Shown here one piece after another: positions 8,319 through 18,327 of a stretch of 31,161 bases of DNA. A program made the translations under genes and the position numbers. How positions within the stretch are numbered: the stretch's first letter is position 1; every line of letters starts with the position of its first letter. The notes under the pieces were generated by a model. It saw only the letters and a program-made list of their open reading frames with translations, was not told the origin of the DNA and made no database searches. Source of the DNA: a virus (lineage: Duplodnaviria; Caudoviricetes); the IMG/VR virus record IMGVR_UViG_3300012663_000606, positions 1 through 31,161 of that record; one strand, 5' to 3'.

Positions 8319-9421
8319 AATTGACATTTGAAGAAGGTGTACATTGCGCCAAAGCGTTTGAAGATTACTTTGGTAACTTTGACCGCATTGATGAATATAT
8401 GCGTGACCAGAAATTGAATTCTCTGGCAGATATTCCAAACAACCCATTATTCCCAATCGAAGAAGAACTATTCCAAGATTTTAAGATGCATCCAAAAGAC
8501 ATGGATTTTGAGGTGTGTGAGATACCAACATCGACTTGGGAAACCTTACTTGATATTACATCGTCACATGTAAACATTGCACCTGTTGGTCGTAATGTCA
8601 AATTGGCCGTCAAAGAGAGAAACACAGGAAAGTACGTAGGATTCATCCGTCTTGGTTCACCTGTAATCAACTGTAAGCCACGCAATACAATGCTTGGACA
8701 AGTGTTTACGCAACAACCTGCATGGGGTAAACGATTCAATGACTCATCAATGATGGGTTTTGTTATTGTTCCTGCACAACCATTTGGTTACAACTATCTT
8801 GGTGGCAAGTTATTGGCTGCAATCTGTACCTCACACGAGGTGCGTGAGATTGTCAATAAGAAGTATGGAATGAATCTTTGTTTGTTTGAGACTACCAGTT
8901 TGTATGGTAGTTCAAAGGCAGTGTCGCAATATGATGGTATGAAACCATATATTCGTTACAAAGGCTTGACTGATAGTGATTTCTTGCCTATGATGCATGG
9001 AAAACCCTATTCGGAACTCCGTGATTATGTACAAGCAAGAACTGGTCCTTTGGTTGAAGATGCTGCTTCCAGTAAGAAGTTAAAAATCTCCATGAAGATT
9101 ATCTCCTTGACTAAAGCATCACTTAAAGGTACAACTGAAGGTGACACATTCCAAGCAACGATTCTCAAGGCTAAAGGGTTGACAGAGCAAAAAAGATATT
9201 ATATCTCTGACTATGGTTTCAAAAATATGGTTGACTATGTGAATTGTAAGACGGACGTTCTTATTCCTGGTGAAAACTATGAAAAACACAAACTGGCAAA
9301 CTTGATTGAATGGTGGAGAAACAAAGCAGTCAACCGATATGCAACACTACACAATGAAGGTCGTTTACGTGACGAATTGGAAATCTGGACTTCAGGAAAA
9401 GAGATTCAGATTATCAGATAA
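8315..9421 (+). CDS. DUF4338/DruA-like protein (possible GNAT-related fold)
   Basis: VGFIRLGSP, PFGYNYLGGKLLAAI, ETTSLYG...SQYDG motifs recognised from memory. Confidence 0.6.
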   Translation: MKLTFEEGVHCAKAFEDYFGNFDRIDEYMRDQKLNSLADIPNNPLFPIEEELFQDFKMHPKDMDFEVCEIPTSTWETLLDITSSHVNIAPVGRNVKLAVKERNTGKYVGFIRLGSPVINCKPRNTMLGQVFTQQPAWGKRFNDSSMMGFVIVPAQPFGYNYLGGKLLAAICTSHEVREIVNKKYGMNLCLFETTSLYGSSKAVSQYDGMKPYIRYKGLTDSDFLPMMHGKPYSELRDYVQARTGPLVEDAASSKKLKISMKIISLTKASLKGTTEGDTFQATILKAKGLTEQKRYYISDYGFKNMVDYVNCKTDVLIPGENYEKHKLANLIEWWRNKAVNRYATLHNEGRLRDELEIWTSGKEIQIIR

Positions 9422-9424
9422 ATA
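9417..9424 (+). promoter_or_regulatory. Probable late promoter variant GATAAATA
   Basis: 7/8 match to TATAAATA about 30 nt upstream of ATG 9454; a TATAAT also lies at 9431-9436. Confidence 0.45.
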
Positions 9425-9453
9425 CGGGTATATAATCAACTATCCCTATCAAA

Positions 9454-10797
9454 ATGACACCAGCAGAATATGAAAAATCAGCAAGCGGAGGCCCCTACAA
9501 AGGAACACCACGTTCAAAGATTTTTCTTTTAAAAATTGGAGCCAAATCTCCTTTCACACTGAATAGTGGCCAACAGGTCATAGGTACTAAGTGGGACTCA
9601 GAGAAACGTATTCTGTATGCTGGCACTAAACAAATCAAATTGTCTGACATTAAAAAGGACAAAGATATGGGTGGTGGAGGTTCTGGTGCTGGTTCAGACC
9701 TTACCGCTTTCACTGAATCTGGCCAATGTTATGTTTCTTCTATTGCATACAATGTATTGAAACGTAAGATTAAGTGGGAAGATTTGACTTTAGAGAATTT
9801 ACAGAAGGCTGCAAAATTCTGTGATACAGGTAAAACAACACTTGATGATGTAATTGAAAAATCTCCTGCTGAGTGGGTGCAGTCATATATCAAAACGGCA
9901 AACATCACTTTTGAACAATATAAAATGTCAGGTTCACCTGTGTATTTTCATCGTGATTCAAAGTTTATGAATGCTGTATATGATGCAAAAAAGAAGGTAC
10001 ACGACATTGATAAACAATCCAAAGATCCGCAGGCACCAGGAACATTCTCTAATGATAAGTGGAATCCAGGTGATATTTGGCAAACAACTTTGCGTGATGT
10101 GCCTAAACTAAGCACAGATAGTTGGGGTACATTGAACGCAGATGTTTTCAATCTGGCCAAAGAAAAGAAATTGCTTGGTGTATCACTAAAGAAAATTGGT
10201 TCGTCCGCAAACATTGATGAATACAACAAACCAAAGACAAAATCTGGTGGTTATAACTATGAAGGTTTCAGAGTAACATCCAAGACAGACAAAGGCGGCG
10301 TTCCATTCTTTAATTCGATGGATTTATACATGAACATTAGTGGTAAAGAAGTTCAATTCAGAGCAACCTCAGGTGAAGCAAGTTGGCAAGGTGAAATTAA
10401 AGGTGCAACTGCTGCTGGTGGTAAAATCGGTGGCGGCAATGTGAACTTCTATTTGAAAAAACATACCGGAAAATCACTGTTTAATGATAGTGAAAAAGAG
10501 GTAGTTGCTTTTACCAAATCAAAAGATTTTTTTAAAGAATTCTACGCTCTATATAAAAAGCATTTCAACGAAGCAGGCATATCAGGTAAACCAGTATCAC
10601 TTGATGAGTTTATTGCATATGCAAGTGCCCAAGCAAAAACATCTCCTGGTTATTTGTTCTCTAAGTATATGAACATGAAGTTCATTGACATTTTCCTAAG
10701 TGTCTCTAAATCAAAAAGAGATGAAATCGTGGGAGACTTCTTCCGTTACGCTGCATCTAACACCGACCAAAGTTCCTATTTTATTAAGGTATCATAA
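9454..10797 (+). CDS. Hypothetical protein, possible PD-(D/E)xK nuclease fold
   Basis: TAFTESG, NDKWNPGDIW, LLGVSLKK resemble E...PxD...(S/E)xK spacing; Lys-rich. Confidence 0.55.
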   Translation: MTPAEYEKSASGGPYKGTPRSKIFLLKIGAKSPFTLNSGQQVIGTKWDSEKRILYAGTKQIKLSDIKKDKDMGGGGSGAGSDLTAFTESGQCYVSSIAYNVLKRKIKWEDLTLENLQKAAKFCDTGKTTLDDVIEKSPAEWVQSYIKTANITFEQYKMSGSPVYFHRDSKFMNAVYDAKKKVHDIDKQSKDPQAPGTFSNDKWNPGDIWQTTLRDVPKLSTDSWGTLNADVFNLAKEKKLLGVSLKKIGSSANIDEYNKPKTKSGGYNYEGFRVTSKTDKGGVPFFNSMDLYMNISGKEVQFRATSGEASWQGEIKGATAAGGKIGGGNVNFYLKKHTGKSLFNDSEKEVVAFTKSKDFFKEFYALYKKHFNEAGISGKPVSLDEFIAYASAQAKTSPGYLFSKYMNMKFIDIFLSVSKSKRDEIVGDFFRYAASNTDQSSYFIKVS

Positions 10798-11063
10798 TGA
10801 AGAACAGTATTGATATTGATGATGATTTCGGTTTCTCTGCAATTTCAGCAGCTGATTATGAATCACGTATCACCAAAGCAGCAGAAGATGCCTCACAACC
10901 AATCGAAGAATATAAAGACAGACTCCAACAACTGGAGAAAATGATTCTTCCATTCTTACAAAAACTCCGCGACACTGGAGATAAAGAATATATATTTTGG
11001 CCTAATCGCAAACCATCAATTGATAAACAAATAGAGAAGATATTAAAACTGACTAGAGGATGA
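10797..11063 (+). CDS. Hypothetical small protein
   Basis: DDFGFSA...ILPFLQKL...EYIFWPNR; TAATG-coupled. Confidence 0.75.
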   Translation: MKNSIDIDDDFGFSAISAADYESRITKAAEDASQPIEEYKDRLQQLEKMILPFLQKLRDTGDKEYIFWPNRKPSIDKQIEKILKLTRG

Positions 11064-11064
11064 T

Positions 11065-11784
11065 ATGAGTGCAACGGTGATTATTCCAACTACTGGTGCG
11101 CCAGAGTTGAGAAAAGCAATTGAAAGTGTGTTATCGCAAACACATGAAGATGTTACTTGTTATGTTGTTTGTGACGGACAAGAGTATGCAGGAAAAGTAA
11201 AACCAATTGTGGATGAATATTTGGGGATGGGTAAAATCTCTTTATGTTTCCTGCCACTTAATGTTGGTGCAAATGGTTTCTACGGACACCGAATCTATGC
11301 CGCATTTACTCACCTAATCAATACCAAGTATGTACTTTACCTGGATCAAGACTGTTGGTTGAATACTCACCACGTAGAATACTGCATCAAACACATAGAA
11401 GAAAACAACCTAGACTGGTCCTATTCACTACGAAACATCACCGATAAAGATGGTGAGTACTTATGTAAGGATGACTGCGAATCATTAGGTAAATGGCCAG
11501 TATTTTCTGGTGATTATAACCATATTGATACGAATTGCTATTGCCTTAAAACTGAAGTTGCAGTAAAATTAGCACAAGTTTGGCACGGCGGCTGGGGACA
11601 AGATAGAGTTTGGTTACAAGTACTGTCTCAACACTTCCCTAAGTATGATTGCACAGGTTATTACACCTTGAATTATAGAGTGGCTGGAAATGAAGGTTCT
11701 GTTAAACCAGAGTTCTTTGTTCAAGGCAACAAAATTATGTATGAAAAATATAATGGAAATTTACCATGGCGAAAAAGAATTTAA
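11065..11784 (+). CDS. Family 2 (GT-A) glycosyltransferase
   Basis: TVIIPT, AIESVLSQT, VVCDG, YLDQD DxD motif, GQDR. Confidence 0.9.
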   Translation: MSATVIIPTTGAPELRKAIESVLSQTHEDVTCYVVCDGQEYAGKVKPIVDEYLGMGKISLCFLPLNVGANGFYGHRIYAAFTHLINTKYVLYLDQDCWLNTHHVEYCIKHIEENNLDWSYSLRNITDKDGEYLCKDDCESLGKWPVFSGDYNHIDTNCYCLKTEVAVKLAQVWHGGWGQDRVWLQVLSQHFPKYDCTGYYTLNYRVAGNEGSVKPEFFVQGNKIMYEKYNGNLPWRKRI

Positions 11785-12632
11785 TTATCGGCGGATGCAC
11801 TAATTACGGAATCAATGAACTAAAACCTTGGGTACTCTCAATCAATGAGGTAATGCCCGATGCAACAAAAGTTATGTGTGTTGGTAATGCAACATCTGAA
11901 ACTAGAGAATGGTTAGTCAAACATGACTTCGAATTGGTCGATATGCCAAAGGCAAACATTCCAGTACACGTTCTAAGATTCTTATCTATCTATGAATATC
12001 TACGTCATAATTGGGAAGATTTTGAATACGTCATCACCACAGATGTAAAAGATGTTTATTTCCAACGAGATGCATTTAAATTTTTAGACTATAACAATAT
12101 TGGTGTTAGAAATATGTACCAATTGGTTTGTGGGTCTGAAGCTTTGAAATACAAAGATGAATCTTGGGGTAATGATAATTTGATGCAAGCCTATGGACCA
12201 TATATACACGAATTGTTTAAAGATAAAACTATTTTTAATGTTGGTGTGCTCGGTGGTTCTTCTGAATATATGAAAGACTTGGTCTTTAATATTTTTTCAA
12301 ATGCAACAAATCGTCCTATTCCTATTGTAGACCAAGCTGTCTTTAATGTATTGATTAATACACAACCATATAAAAACATTATGTTCAAAACATATATGTC
12401 ACATGGTTGGGCTGTTCAAGCAGGAACAGTTGCTGATCCTTCCAAGATTGAGGGGTTTAGACCAAACTTATTGGAAGAAGAACCAAAATTTGTTGATGGC
12501 AAAGTTGTCAATTCTAAAGGCACTGAATTTGCAATTGTACACCAATATGACCGCGTTCCACAATGGAAAAAATTCATACAAGAAAAGTACAATCAGGAAG
12601 ACCCAAACAATTTCTTTACATATAAGGTTTAA
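11766..12632 (+). CDS. GT-A fold glycosyltransferase-like protein
   Basis: TTDVKDVYFQ, FNVGVLGG, DQAVFN, VHQYDR. Confidence 0.75.
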   Translation: MAKKNLIIGGCTNYGINELKPWVLSINEVMPDATKVMCVGNATSETREWLVKHDFELVDMPKANIPVHVLRFLSIYEYLRHNWEDFEYVITTDVKDVYFQRDAFKFLDYNNIGVRNMYQLVCGSEALKYKDESWGNDNLMQAYGPYIHELFKDKTIFNVGVLGGSSEYMKDLVFNIFSNATNRPIPIVDQAVFNVLINTQPYKNIMFKTYMSHGWAVQAGTVADPSKIEGFRPNLLEEEPKFVDGKVVNSKGTEFAIVHQYDRVPQWKKFIQEKYNQEDPNNFFTYKV

Positions 12633-12634
12633 TT

Positions 12635-13198
12635 ATGAGCGATATTATTACATTCAACACACAAACTCAGGCCTTCGGTCAACCAGCATTTAAGTGTTCT
12701 GGTTACGGACTCGGTGCCATGGTTAAAAATATGATCTCACCAAAAGTTTTAGAAATTGGTTGTGATATTGGTGATACAACTCAATTCTTGTTGGACACTA
12801 ATCCAACATTGAACTTGACCGGTGTAGATCCATATGTCAACTATATTGACTGGAACGGCAACAACTTAAATGAACGTGAAGTTGTTTATGAACGTTTTAT
12901 GAAACGCATTGATGGTTACTTAAATCGTTTCACATTATTGCGTAACTATTCTGATGATGCTGCATCAGAAGTGCAAGACAATCATTATGATTTGGTATTC
13001 ATCGATGGTTTACATGAATATGACCAGTTGTCTAAAGATTGTGTAAACTACTATTCCAAATTAAAAGAAGGCGGCATCTTTGCTGGACACGACTACAATG
13101 CAATTGAAGGTGTACGCCGTGCAGCAGATGAGTTTGCTGCTACAGTCAACCGTGAGATTCATTTCACAGAATGTGATGTTTGGTACTGGATTAAGTAA
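12635..13198 (+). CDS. Class I SAM methyltransferase (Methyltransf_24-like)
   Basis: VLEIGCDIG, GVDPY, DLVFIDGLHEY, LKEGGIFAGHDY. Confidence 0.9.
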   Translation: MSDIITFNTQTQAFGQPAFKCSGYGLGAMVKNMISPKVLEIGCDIGDTTQFLLDTNPTLNLTGVDPYVNYIDWNGNNLNEREVVYERFMKRIDGYLNRFTLLRNYSDDAASEVQDNHYDLVFIDGLHEYDQLSKDCVNYYSKLKEGGIFAGHDYNAIEGVRRAADEFAATVNREIHFTECDVWYWIK

Positions 13199-13899
13199 TG
13201 AAAAAATGTATTGTATTGTCCGGTCAATATCGTACATTCGATAAAACATGGCCACAAATCAAAGAGTTCATTGATATAAACAATTTGGATGTTTATTGTC
13301 ACCTTTGGGGTGTTGCTGACGAAGAAGAAAACAGTCGGCAATTTCACCAAGTGAAAGACAAACTACAACCACAAAAAATAATACAAGAACCATATAGTGA
13401 TGCTTTGGAAACAAGGTTCGGAGAAATGGAAAAACGTATACGTACGGCCAATCCAAAGGGACCTAATGGTGACAAATTGGCAGCAAACGCTTCCATGAAT
13501 TATAGTCGTAAATATGCTTTTGACTTGATTGATAAAGAATATGAGAATGTTGTTTATTGTCGTTATGATATTGGATTCAGAGATATATTCAGATTTGATA
13601 ATATCGTATCGGTTGTTACACCACATGAAGAAGCATACAATTTGATATCCGACATCTTTGCAATCATGCCAATGCAATTTGCAAACTCCTATTTCTTATT
13701 TGATAGATACGAAGAACTCAATTCTACACCTTACGATGAACAGTTCATTGAATATCTAAGGTTTAGAAAATATCCCGAACACGACATTAAGACACACGTT
13801 GATGATAGATATTGTCCACACATGTTATTGATGCGTAGTTTATTAGAAGGTGAAGCACCTTGGTGCGCCGAACACATACCCGTATACTTACAAAGATGA
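13198..13899 (+). CDS. Putative glycosyltransferase-like protein (SGQxR family)
   Basis: CIVLSGQYRTF, DVYCHLW, YCRYDI, SDIFA. Confidence 0.65.
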   Translation: MKKCIVLSGQYRTFDKTWPQIKEFIDINNLDVYCHLWGVADEEENSRQFHQVKDKLQPQKIIQEPYSDALETRFGEMEKRIRTANPKGPNGDKLAANASMNYSRKYAFDLIDKEYENVVYCRYDIGFRDIFRFDNIVSVVTPHEEAYNLISDIFAIMPMQFANSYFLFDRYEELNSTPYDEQFIEYLRFRKYPEHDIKTHVDDRYCPHMLLMRSLLEGEAPWCAEHIPVYLQR

Positions 13900-14573
13900 A
13901 AATTGCATTATGTTTCTCTGGCCAAGCCAGAAGTTTTGAACAAGGTTATGAATTCTACAAAAGTAATCTCTTAGACCATTATGATGTGGATGTTTACATT
14001 CACACATGGAAGTTTGCGGAACAAAATCGTTTTGTTGAGTTATATAAACCACATTCAATTGACACACAAATTCCACCACTGGGTGATTTTGATAACAAAT
14101 ATACTAACACACCAAATGCAGTAAAACACCCACCACGTTTCACGTATAGGATGTTGTATTCAATGAATGAAGTTGCTCAGATGATTCATGGTGAATATGA
14201 TTGGGTTATTAAATCACGTACTGATTATGCTTTGAATGTAAAGATTCCTTTTGAAGAACTAGACAATACCAAGTTGTATATTCCTAATTGTCGTATGGTA
14301 CCGGAACGTGACTTTGGTAATGACCAGTTTGCATTTGGTTCACAAGAAACAATGATGAAGTATATGTCAACGTTCCAGAACTTAGATAAGTATTATGAAG
14401 CAGGTAACCAATTCATTGGTGAAGATATGATGCGAGCAAACTTACATGAACATGGGTTGATTGGTGAGAAATTGGTATATTGTAATATGAATAATCCTTT
14501 CCCTCCTGGTCCACATAATGGTTCATGGCACTCTTTGATTAGGGATGACTACGACCAATGGACAAAATCTTAA
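13896..14573 (+). CDS. Putative glycosyltransferase-like protein (SGQxR family paralog)
   Basis: MKIALCFSGQARSF, DVYIHTW, KSRTDY, NDQFAFG; ATGA overlap sets the start at 13896. Confidence 0.65.
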   Translation: MKIALCFSGQARSFEQGYEFYKSNLLDHYDVDVYIHTWKFAEQNRFVELYKPHSIDTQIPPLGDFDNKYTNTPNAVKHPPRFTYRMLYSMNEVAQMIHGEYDWVIKSRTDYALNVKIPFEELDNTKLYIPNCRMVPERDFGNDQFAFGSQETMMKYMSTFQNLDKYYEAGNQFIGEDMMRANLHEHGLIGEKLVYCNMNNPFPPGPHNGSWHSLIRDDYDQWTKS

Positions 14574-15301
14574 AAGAACTCAATGGACATTCAGGTAGTA
14601 AAGTCTATTTGATGGAAGATGAGTTACACAAATATGTGTTAAAAATCGGAAATGTGGATAGAAATTATGAAAGAATGACAGCATTAGACTATGCTGGTTA
14701 TCCTGTTCCAAGAATTTATAATTACAGTTCAGGTGAATTCATGGAAATGGAGTATCTTCATGGCCTTGATATGAAGACTTATTTAATTCATAATAATGTG
14801 GCTGATTTGGTTAATTTTATTACTGACTTGATTGATGGTTTCAAAGAAACTGTAAAAGGTTATAAAAACTTTGAAGAAACCTACCACGAAAAGTTGGAAT
14901 GGTTACCTGAAGACTTCTTATTCACCAAAGAGGAACTTATAGACCGTCTACCTAAACTACTACCTCAATCCTTGTATCATGGTGACCTCACACTAGAGAA
15001 CATTCTATATACTGACCCTGGGTTTCACCTGATTGATCCTGTAACGATTGAATATGACTCTTACATATTTGATTTGGCCAAGTTGAGACAAGATTTGAAG
15101 TGTAAATGGTTCTTACGTAATAGTGGTGTTCACCTAGATTCAAAATTACAATCTATAAGTAATACGTTAGACCAGTGGTACCCCTCAGAATTTAATGATG
15201 CATTATTAATATTGATGTTACTTAGAGTATTAAAACACTGTGAAACTGGTGATAAGAATCACCAATTTTTGATGAAAGAGATTGAAAAACTATGGAAATA
15301 A
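14558..15301 (+). CDS. APH/choline-kinase-like phosphotransferase
   Basis: GHSGSKV loop, HGDLTLENIL, LIDP, DLAKLRQD. Confidence 0.85.
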   Translation: MDKILKELNGHSGSKVYLMEDELHKYVLKIGNVDRNYERMTALDYAGYPVPRIYNYSSGEFMEMEYLHGLDMKTYLIHNNVADLVNFITDLIDGFKETVKGYKNFEETYHEKLEWLPEDFLFTKEELIDRLPKLLPQSLYHGDLTLENILYTDPGFHLIDPVTIEYDSYIFDLAKLRQDLKCKWFLRNSGVHLDSKLQSISNTLDQWYPSEFNDALLILMLLRVLKHCETGDKNHQFLMKEIEKLWK

Positions 15302-16317
15302 TTGTACCTGCTGCAGGACTCTCTACCAGATTTCCTGATATGAAACCAAAGTACCTTCTGTATGATTACAAAGGTGACTTGATGTTGAAGAATTCTATTG
15401 CACCATTTTTGGGTAGATACCCAATTACGATTGGTATATTAAAAGAACATGACGAGAAATACAAGGCTTCACAATTCATACAGCATGAATTTGGTTCACT
15501 AGTCGATGTTGTTGTGTTGGACAAACCAACCAGAGGTCCTGCTGAGACTGTATATGAAATATTAAAACGCAGCAAAGAACAATCTGATCATCCCATTCTA
15601 ATCAAAGATTGTGATAGTTTCTTTCAACATGAAATTATCGATGGAAACTATGTTTGCATTTCACGCATTTCGGAACATGAAGTGTTGAAGAAGTTGGCAT
15701 CCAAGAGTTTTACTGTGGCCAACGAACATGATATCATTAAGGATATTGTGGAGAAACAGGTTGTATCCGATACATTCTGTGTTGGTGGTTATAAGTTTGC
15801 ATCATCGGTACAATACAAAACAACCTTCGAATCGTTAACCTCAGAAAACGAATTGTTTGTTTCGGATATTATCAATCTTATGTTATCATGGGGTGAAATA
15901 TTCGTCAATCAATCTGTTAAAAATTATACCGATGTTGGTACCGCATCCGATTGGTTTGAATATAATGACAAACCTGTTATCTTTTGCGATATTGATGGCA
16001 CAATCGTTAAGGCACAGTCTAGATTGGATTTGGAAGCCAAGAAACCATTTGAACCATTGATTAAGAATGTGCATCGTCTTTTGCAACAACAAGACAAAGG
16101 CGCACAATTCATTTTCGTAACAGCAAGAGAACCACAGTATCGTGATGAAACCAGACAGATGTTGTACGAACTAGGTTTTGTGAGTTTTGGTTATATTGAT
16201 GGTCTACAAAATGCGAGCCGCATAATAATCAATGACTACAACAGTTCAAATCCACATCCAAGGGCGATTGCAATTAACATTAAACGTGATTCTGATAACC
16301 TAAGTGACTTTCTATGA
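15292..16317 (+). CDS. Sugar-phosphate nucleotidyltransferase fused to HAD phosphatase
   Basis: IIVPAAGLSTRF..KPKYLL, TRGPAET, KDCD; C-terminal FCDIDGT, VTAR, IIND. Confidence 0.85.
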   Translation: MEIIVPAAGLSTRFPDMKPKYLLYDYKGDLMLKNSIAPFLGRYPITIGILKEHDEKYKASQFIQHEFGSLVDVVVLDKPTRGPAETVYEILKRSKEQSDHPILIKDCDSFFQHEIIDGNYVCISRISEHEVLKKLASKSFTVANEHDIIKDIVEKQVVSDTFCVGGYKFASSVQYKTTFESLTSENELFVSDIINLMLSWGEIFVNQSVKNYTDVGTASDWFEYNDKPVIFCDIDGTIVKAQSRLDLEAKKPFEPLIKNVHRLLQQQDKGAQFIFVTAREPQYRDETRQMLYELGFVSFGYIDGLQNASRIIINDYNSSNPHPRAIAINIKRDSDNLSDFL

Positions 16318-17018
16318 TTATACCAGATAAGAATCTGTTTATCGTAACGTCAGCTCTTAAACCTGCAATCGGTGCGTTTTCGGATGAACAAAGATTTTCC
16401 CAAACAATTGCATCCTTAAAGTCAATCAAGAATAAACTTCCAGACGCCATCATCATATTGGCTGACATTTCAATTAGGCCATTGACTGACTTAGAAAAAG
16501 AAGTTCTACAAATGAACTGCACTTTCATGTTTGATTTGACACAGGACCAAAACACCAATTACTGTTCAATCAATGGTTTGAAAAGTCATGCTGAGAATTG
16601 TATGTTGTTTGCGGTGTTGATGGAACTAAAGAACAATCCATCCTTTGGTAAAATGATGGCCGCCGTCAAACGAATATTTAAGTTTTCTGCTCGTTCCGAG
16701 TTGGAAGACAGTTTTGATATGAACCAATATGATGGTCTATTTGGCAAGTACGTGTTTAAGAAACGTATTCCAACATGGACGACACAAACAAAGATGGGTG
16801 CGGACCATCTATTCATCACCAGGATGTTCTCTTTGTGTCCGTCACTAATTAGTGACTACCTCATAGTAATACAGAAAAACCTGAACTGCTTATCCAACGG
16901 ACTGGATGATACTGAACACGCCCACTATATAAACATTTCTAAGAAGTATCTTGTCGAATTTGACACAATACACATGTGGGGATGGTTGTCTGGTAATGGC
17001 CAAATCGAACATTATTGA
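16314..17018 (+). CDS. Hypothetical protein, possibly glycosyltransferase-related
   Basis: FIVTSA, RFSQTIASL, ILADIS, IFKFSAR; last gene of the coupled glycan cluster. Confidence 0.6.
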   Translation: MIIPDKNLFIVTSALKPAIGAFSDEQRFSQTIASLKSIKNKLPDAIIILADISIRPLTDLEKEVLQMNCTFMFDLTQDQNTNYCSINGLKSHAENCMLFAVLMELKNNPSFGKMMAAVKRIFKFSARSELEDSFDMNQYDGLFGKYVFKKRIPTWTTQTKMGADHLFITRMFSLCPSLISDYLIVIQKNLNCLSNGLDDTEHAHYINISKKYLVEFDTIHMWGWLSGNGQIEHY

Positions 17019-17041
17019 GCACTATATATCTAATCCAACAT

Positions 17042-17070
17042 TTGCCAGTTTTGACTGGTTGTGTTATAAT
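17042..17070 (+). promoter_or_regulatory. Sigma70-like promoter
   Basis: TTGCCA (17042-47), 17-nt spacer, TATAAT (17065-70) with extended TGn; inverted repeat CCAGT-n4-ACTGG at 17045-17058. Confidence 0.5.
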
Positions 17071-17074
17071 CCGT

Positions 17075-17082
17075 TATAAATA
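17075..17082 (+). promoter_or_regulatory. T4-type late promoter TATAAATA
   Basis: Exact consensus in the intergenic region, 45 nt before ATG 17128. Confidence 0.8.
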
Positions 17083-17127
17083 ACCCACGGGCAACCAAAG
17101 TGTGTTGCGTATCTATGGAAAACATTA

Positions 17128-18327
17128 ATGTTATCTTTCAAGTATTTCATAAAAGAACAAGTCGAACCACAGGAAGAAGGTGCGAGCCGTCAAATTAAGC
17201 ATTTGACGCATGTGGAAGACCGTCCATTGCAAGCTGGTGAGAAGGGTACTAAACACGCTATTGCTTCATTGTCTGCTGCAGCTCAGCACATTACATCTGG
17301 CAAGAAAACGTCAGAGTTGACTACAAAGTATGATGGTTCACCTGCGATTGTTTATGGTCACCATCCAGAAAATGGCAAGTTCTTTGTTGCATCTAAGTCC
17401 GCATTTAACAAGACACCAAAGATTAACTACACACCAAAAGACATTGAACGAAACCACGGCCATGCTCCAGGTTTGGTTCAGAAACTTAAAGATGCATTAC
17501 AACACCTTCCAAAGGTTGCACCAAAACAGGGTGTATACCAAGGTGATATGATGTTCTCGGGAGAAGATAAAAAAAATGGACCAAACGGTTCTGTATCTTT
17601 TCATCCAAATCCATCTGGTTTGACATATACGGCTCATGGTTCACATGCAGCTGCGGCCAAGAAGTCCAAACTTGGACTCGTTACACATCTTTCATATCAA
17701 GGTAAAGATGCCGGCAGTTTAAATGCCTCACATGAAGTTGATCACGAAAATTTCGGAAAACATTCGGATGTATTCTCCGTGGATCCACGCATGGACACGG
17801 CCAAGGTACATTTCTCACCAGAAGATAAAAAGAAATTTGATACACACATCAAGAAAGCACAAGAAGTGCATGATACTCATGGTGACGATATGTATGCGGG
17901 AACCAAAACACACCACGGTGTTGGTGGACACCTAGAAACATATATCAACCATACGGTACGTACAGGTGAAGAATCAAATCACCAAAACTTTAAGAACTGG
18001 TTAGAAACTAAGAAGACTAAAGAAATCGACAAGTTGAAAGTTGAAAAGAATCGTACATCCAAACAAACAGAATTAAAATCTGAGTTGGCCAAGATTGAAA
18101 CGAACAAAAAACACTACAACAACCTGTTCAAGATGCACGGACACCTACAGGCAGCCAAGAATACCTTGATCGGTGTTCTAAATCAACACCAACAGTTTCA
18201 ACATGAACATGGCGGCGAGAAGGCAGATCCAGAAGGTTACGTATTTCACCACGGTAAAGAATCGGATAAATTTGTCAGTCGTGCAGAATTCTCACGTAGA
18301 AATTTCGCAGGAATAAGAAACATATGA
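17128..18327 (+). CDS. DUF6267-like protein with ATP-dependent ligase/capping-type nucleotidyltransferase motifs
   Basis: HLTHVED; motif I TTKYDGS; FFVASKS; YQGDMMF; motif IV PEGYVF; DKFVSR; N-terminus MLSFKYFIKE. Confidence 0.75.
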   Translation: MLSFKYFIKEQVEPQEEGASRQIKHLTHVEDRPLQAGEKGTKHAIASLSAAAQHITSGKKTSELTTKYDGSPAIVYGHHPENGKFFVASKSAFNKTPKINYTPKDIERNHGHAPGLVQKLKDALQHLPKVAPKQGVYQGDMMFSGEDKKNGPNGSVSFHPNPSGLTYTAHGSHAAAAKKSKLGLVTHLSYQGKDAGSLNASHEVDHENFGKHSDVFSVDPRMDTAKVHFSPEDKKKFDTHIKKAQEVHDTHGDDMYAGTKTHHGVGGHLETYINHTVRTGEESNHQNFKNWLETKKTKEIDKLKVEKNRTSKQTELKSELAKIETNKKHYNNLFKMHGHLQAAKNTLIGVLNQHQQFQHEHGGEKADPEGYVFHHGKESDKFVSRAEFSRRNFAGIRNI

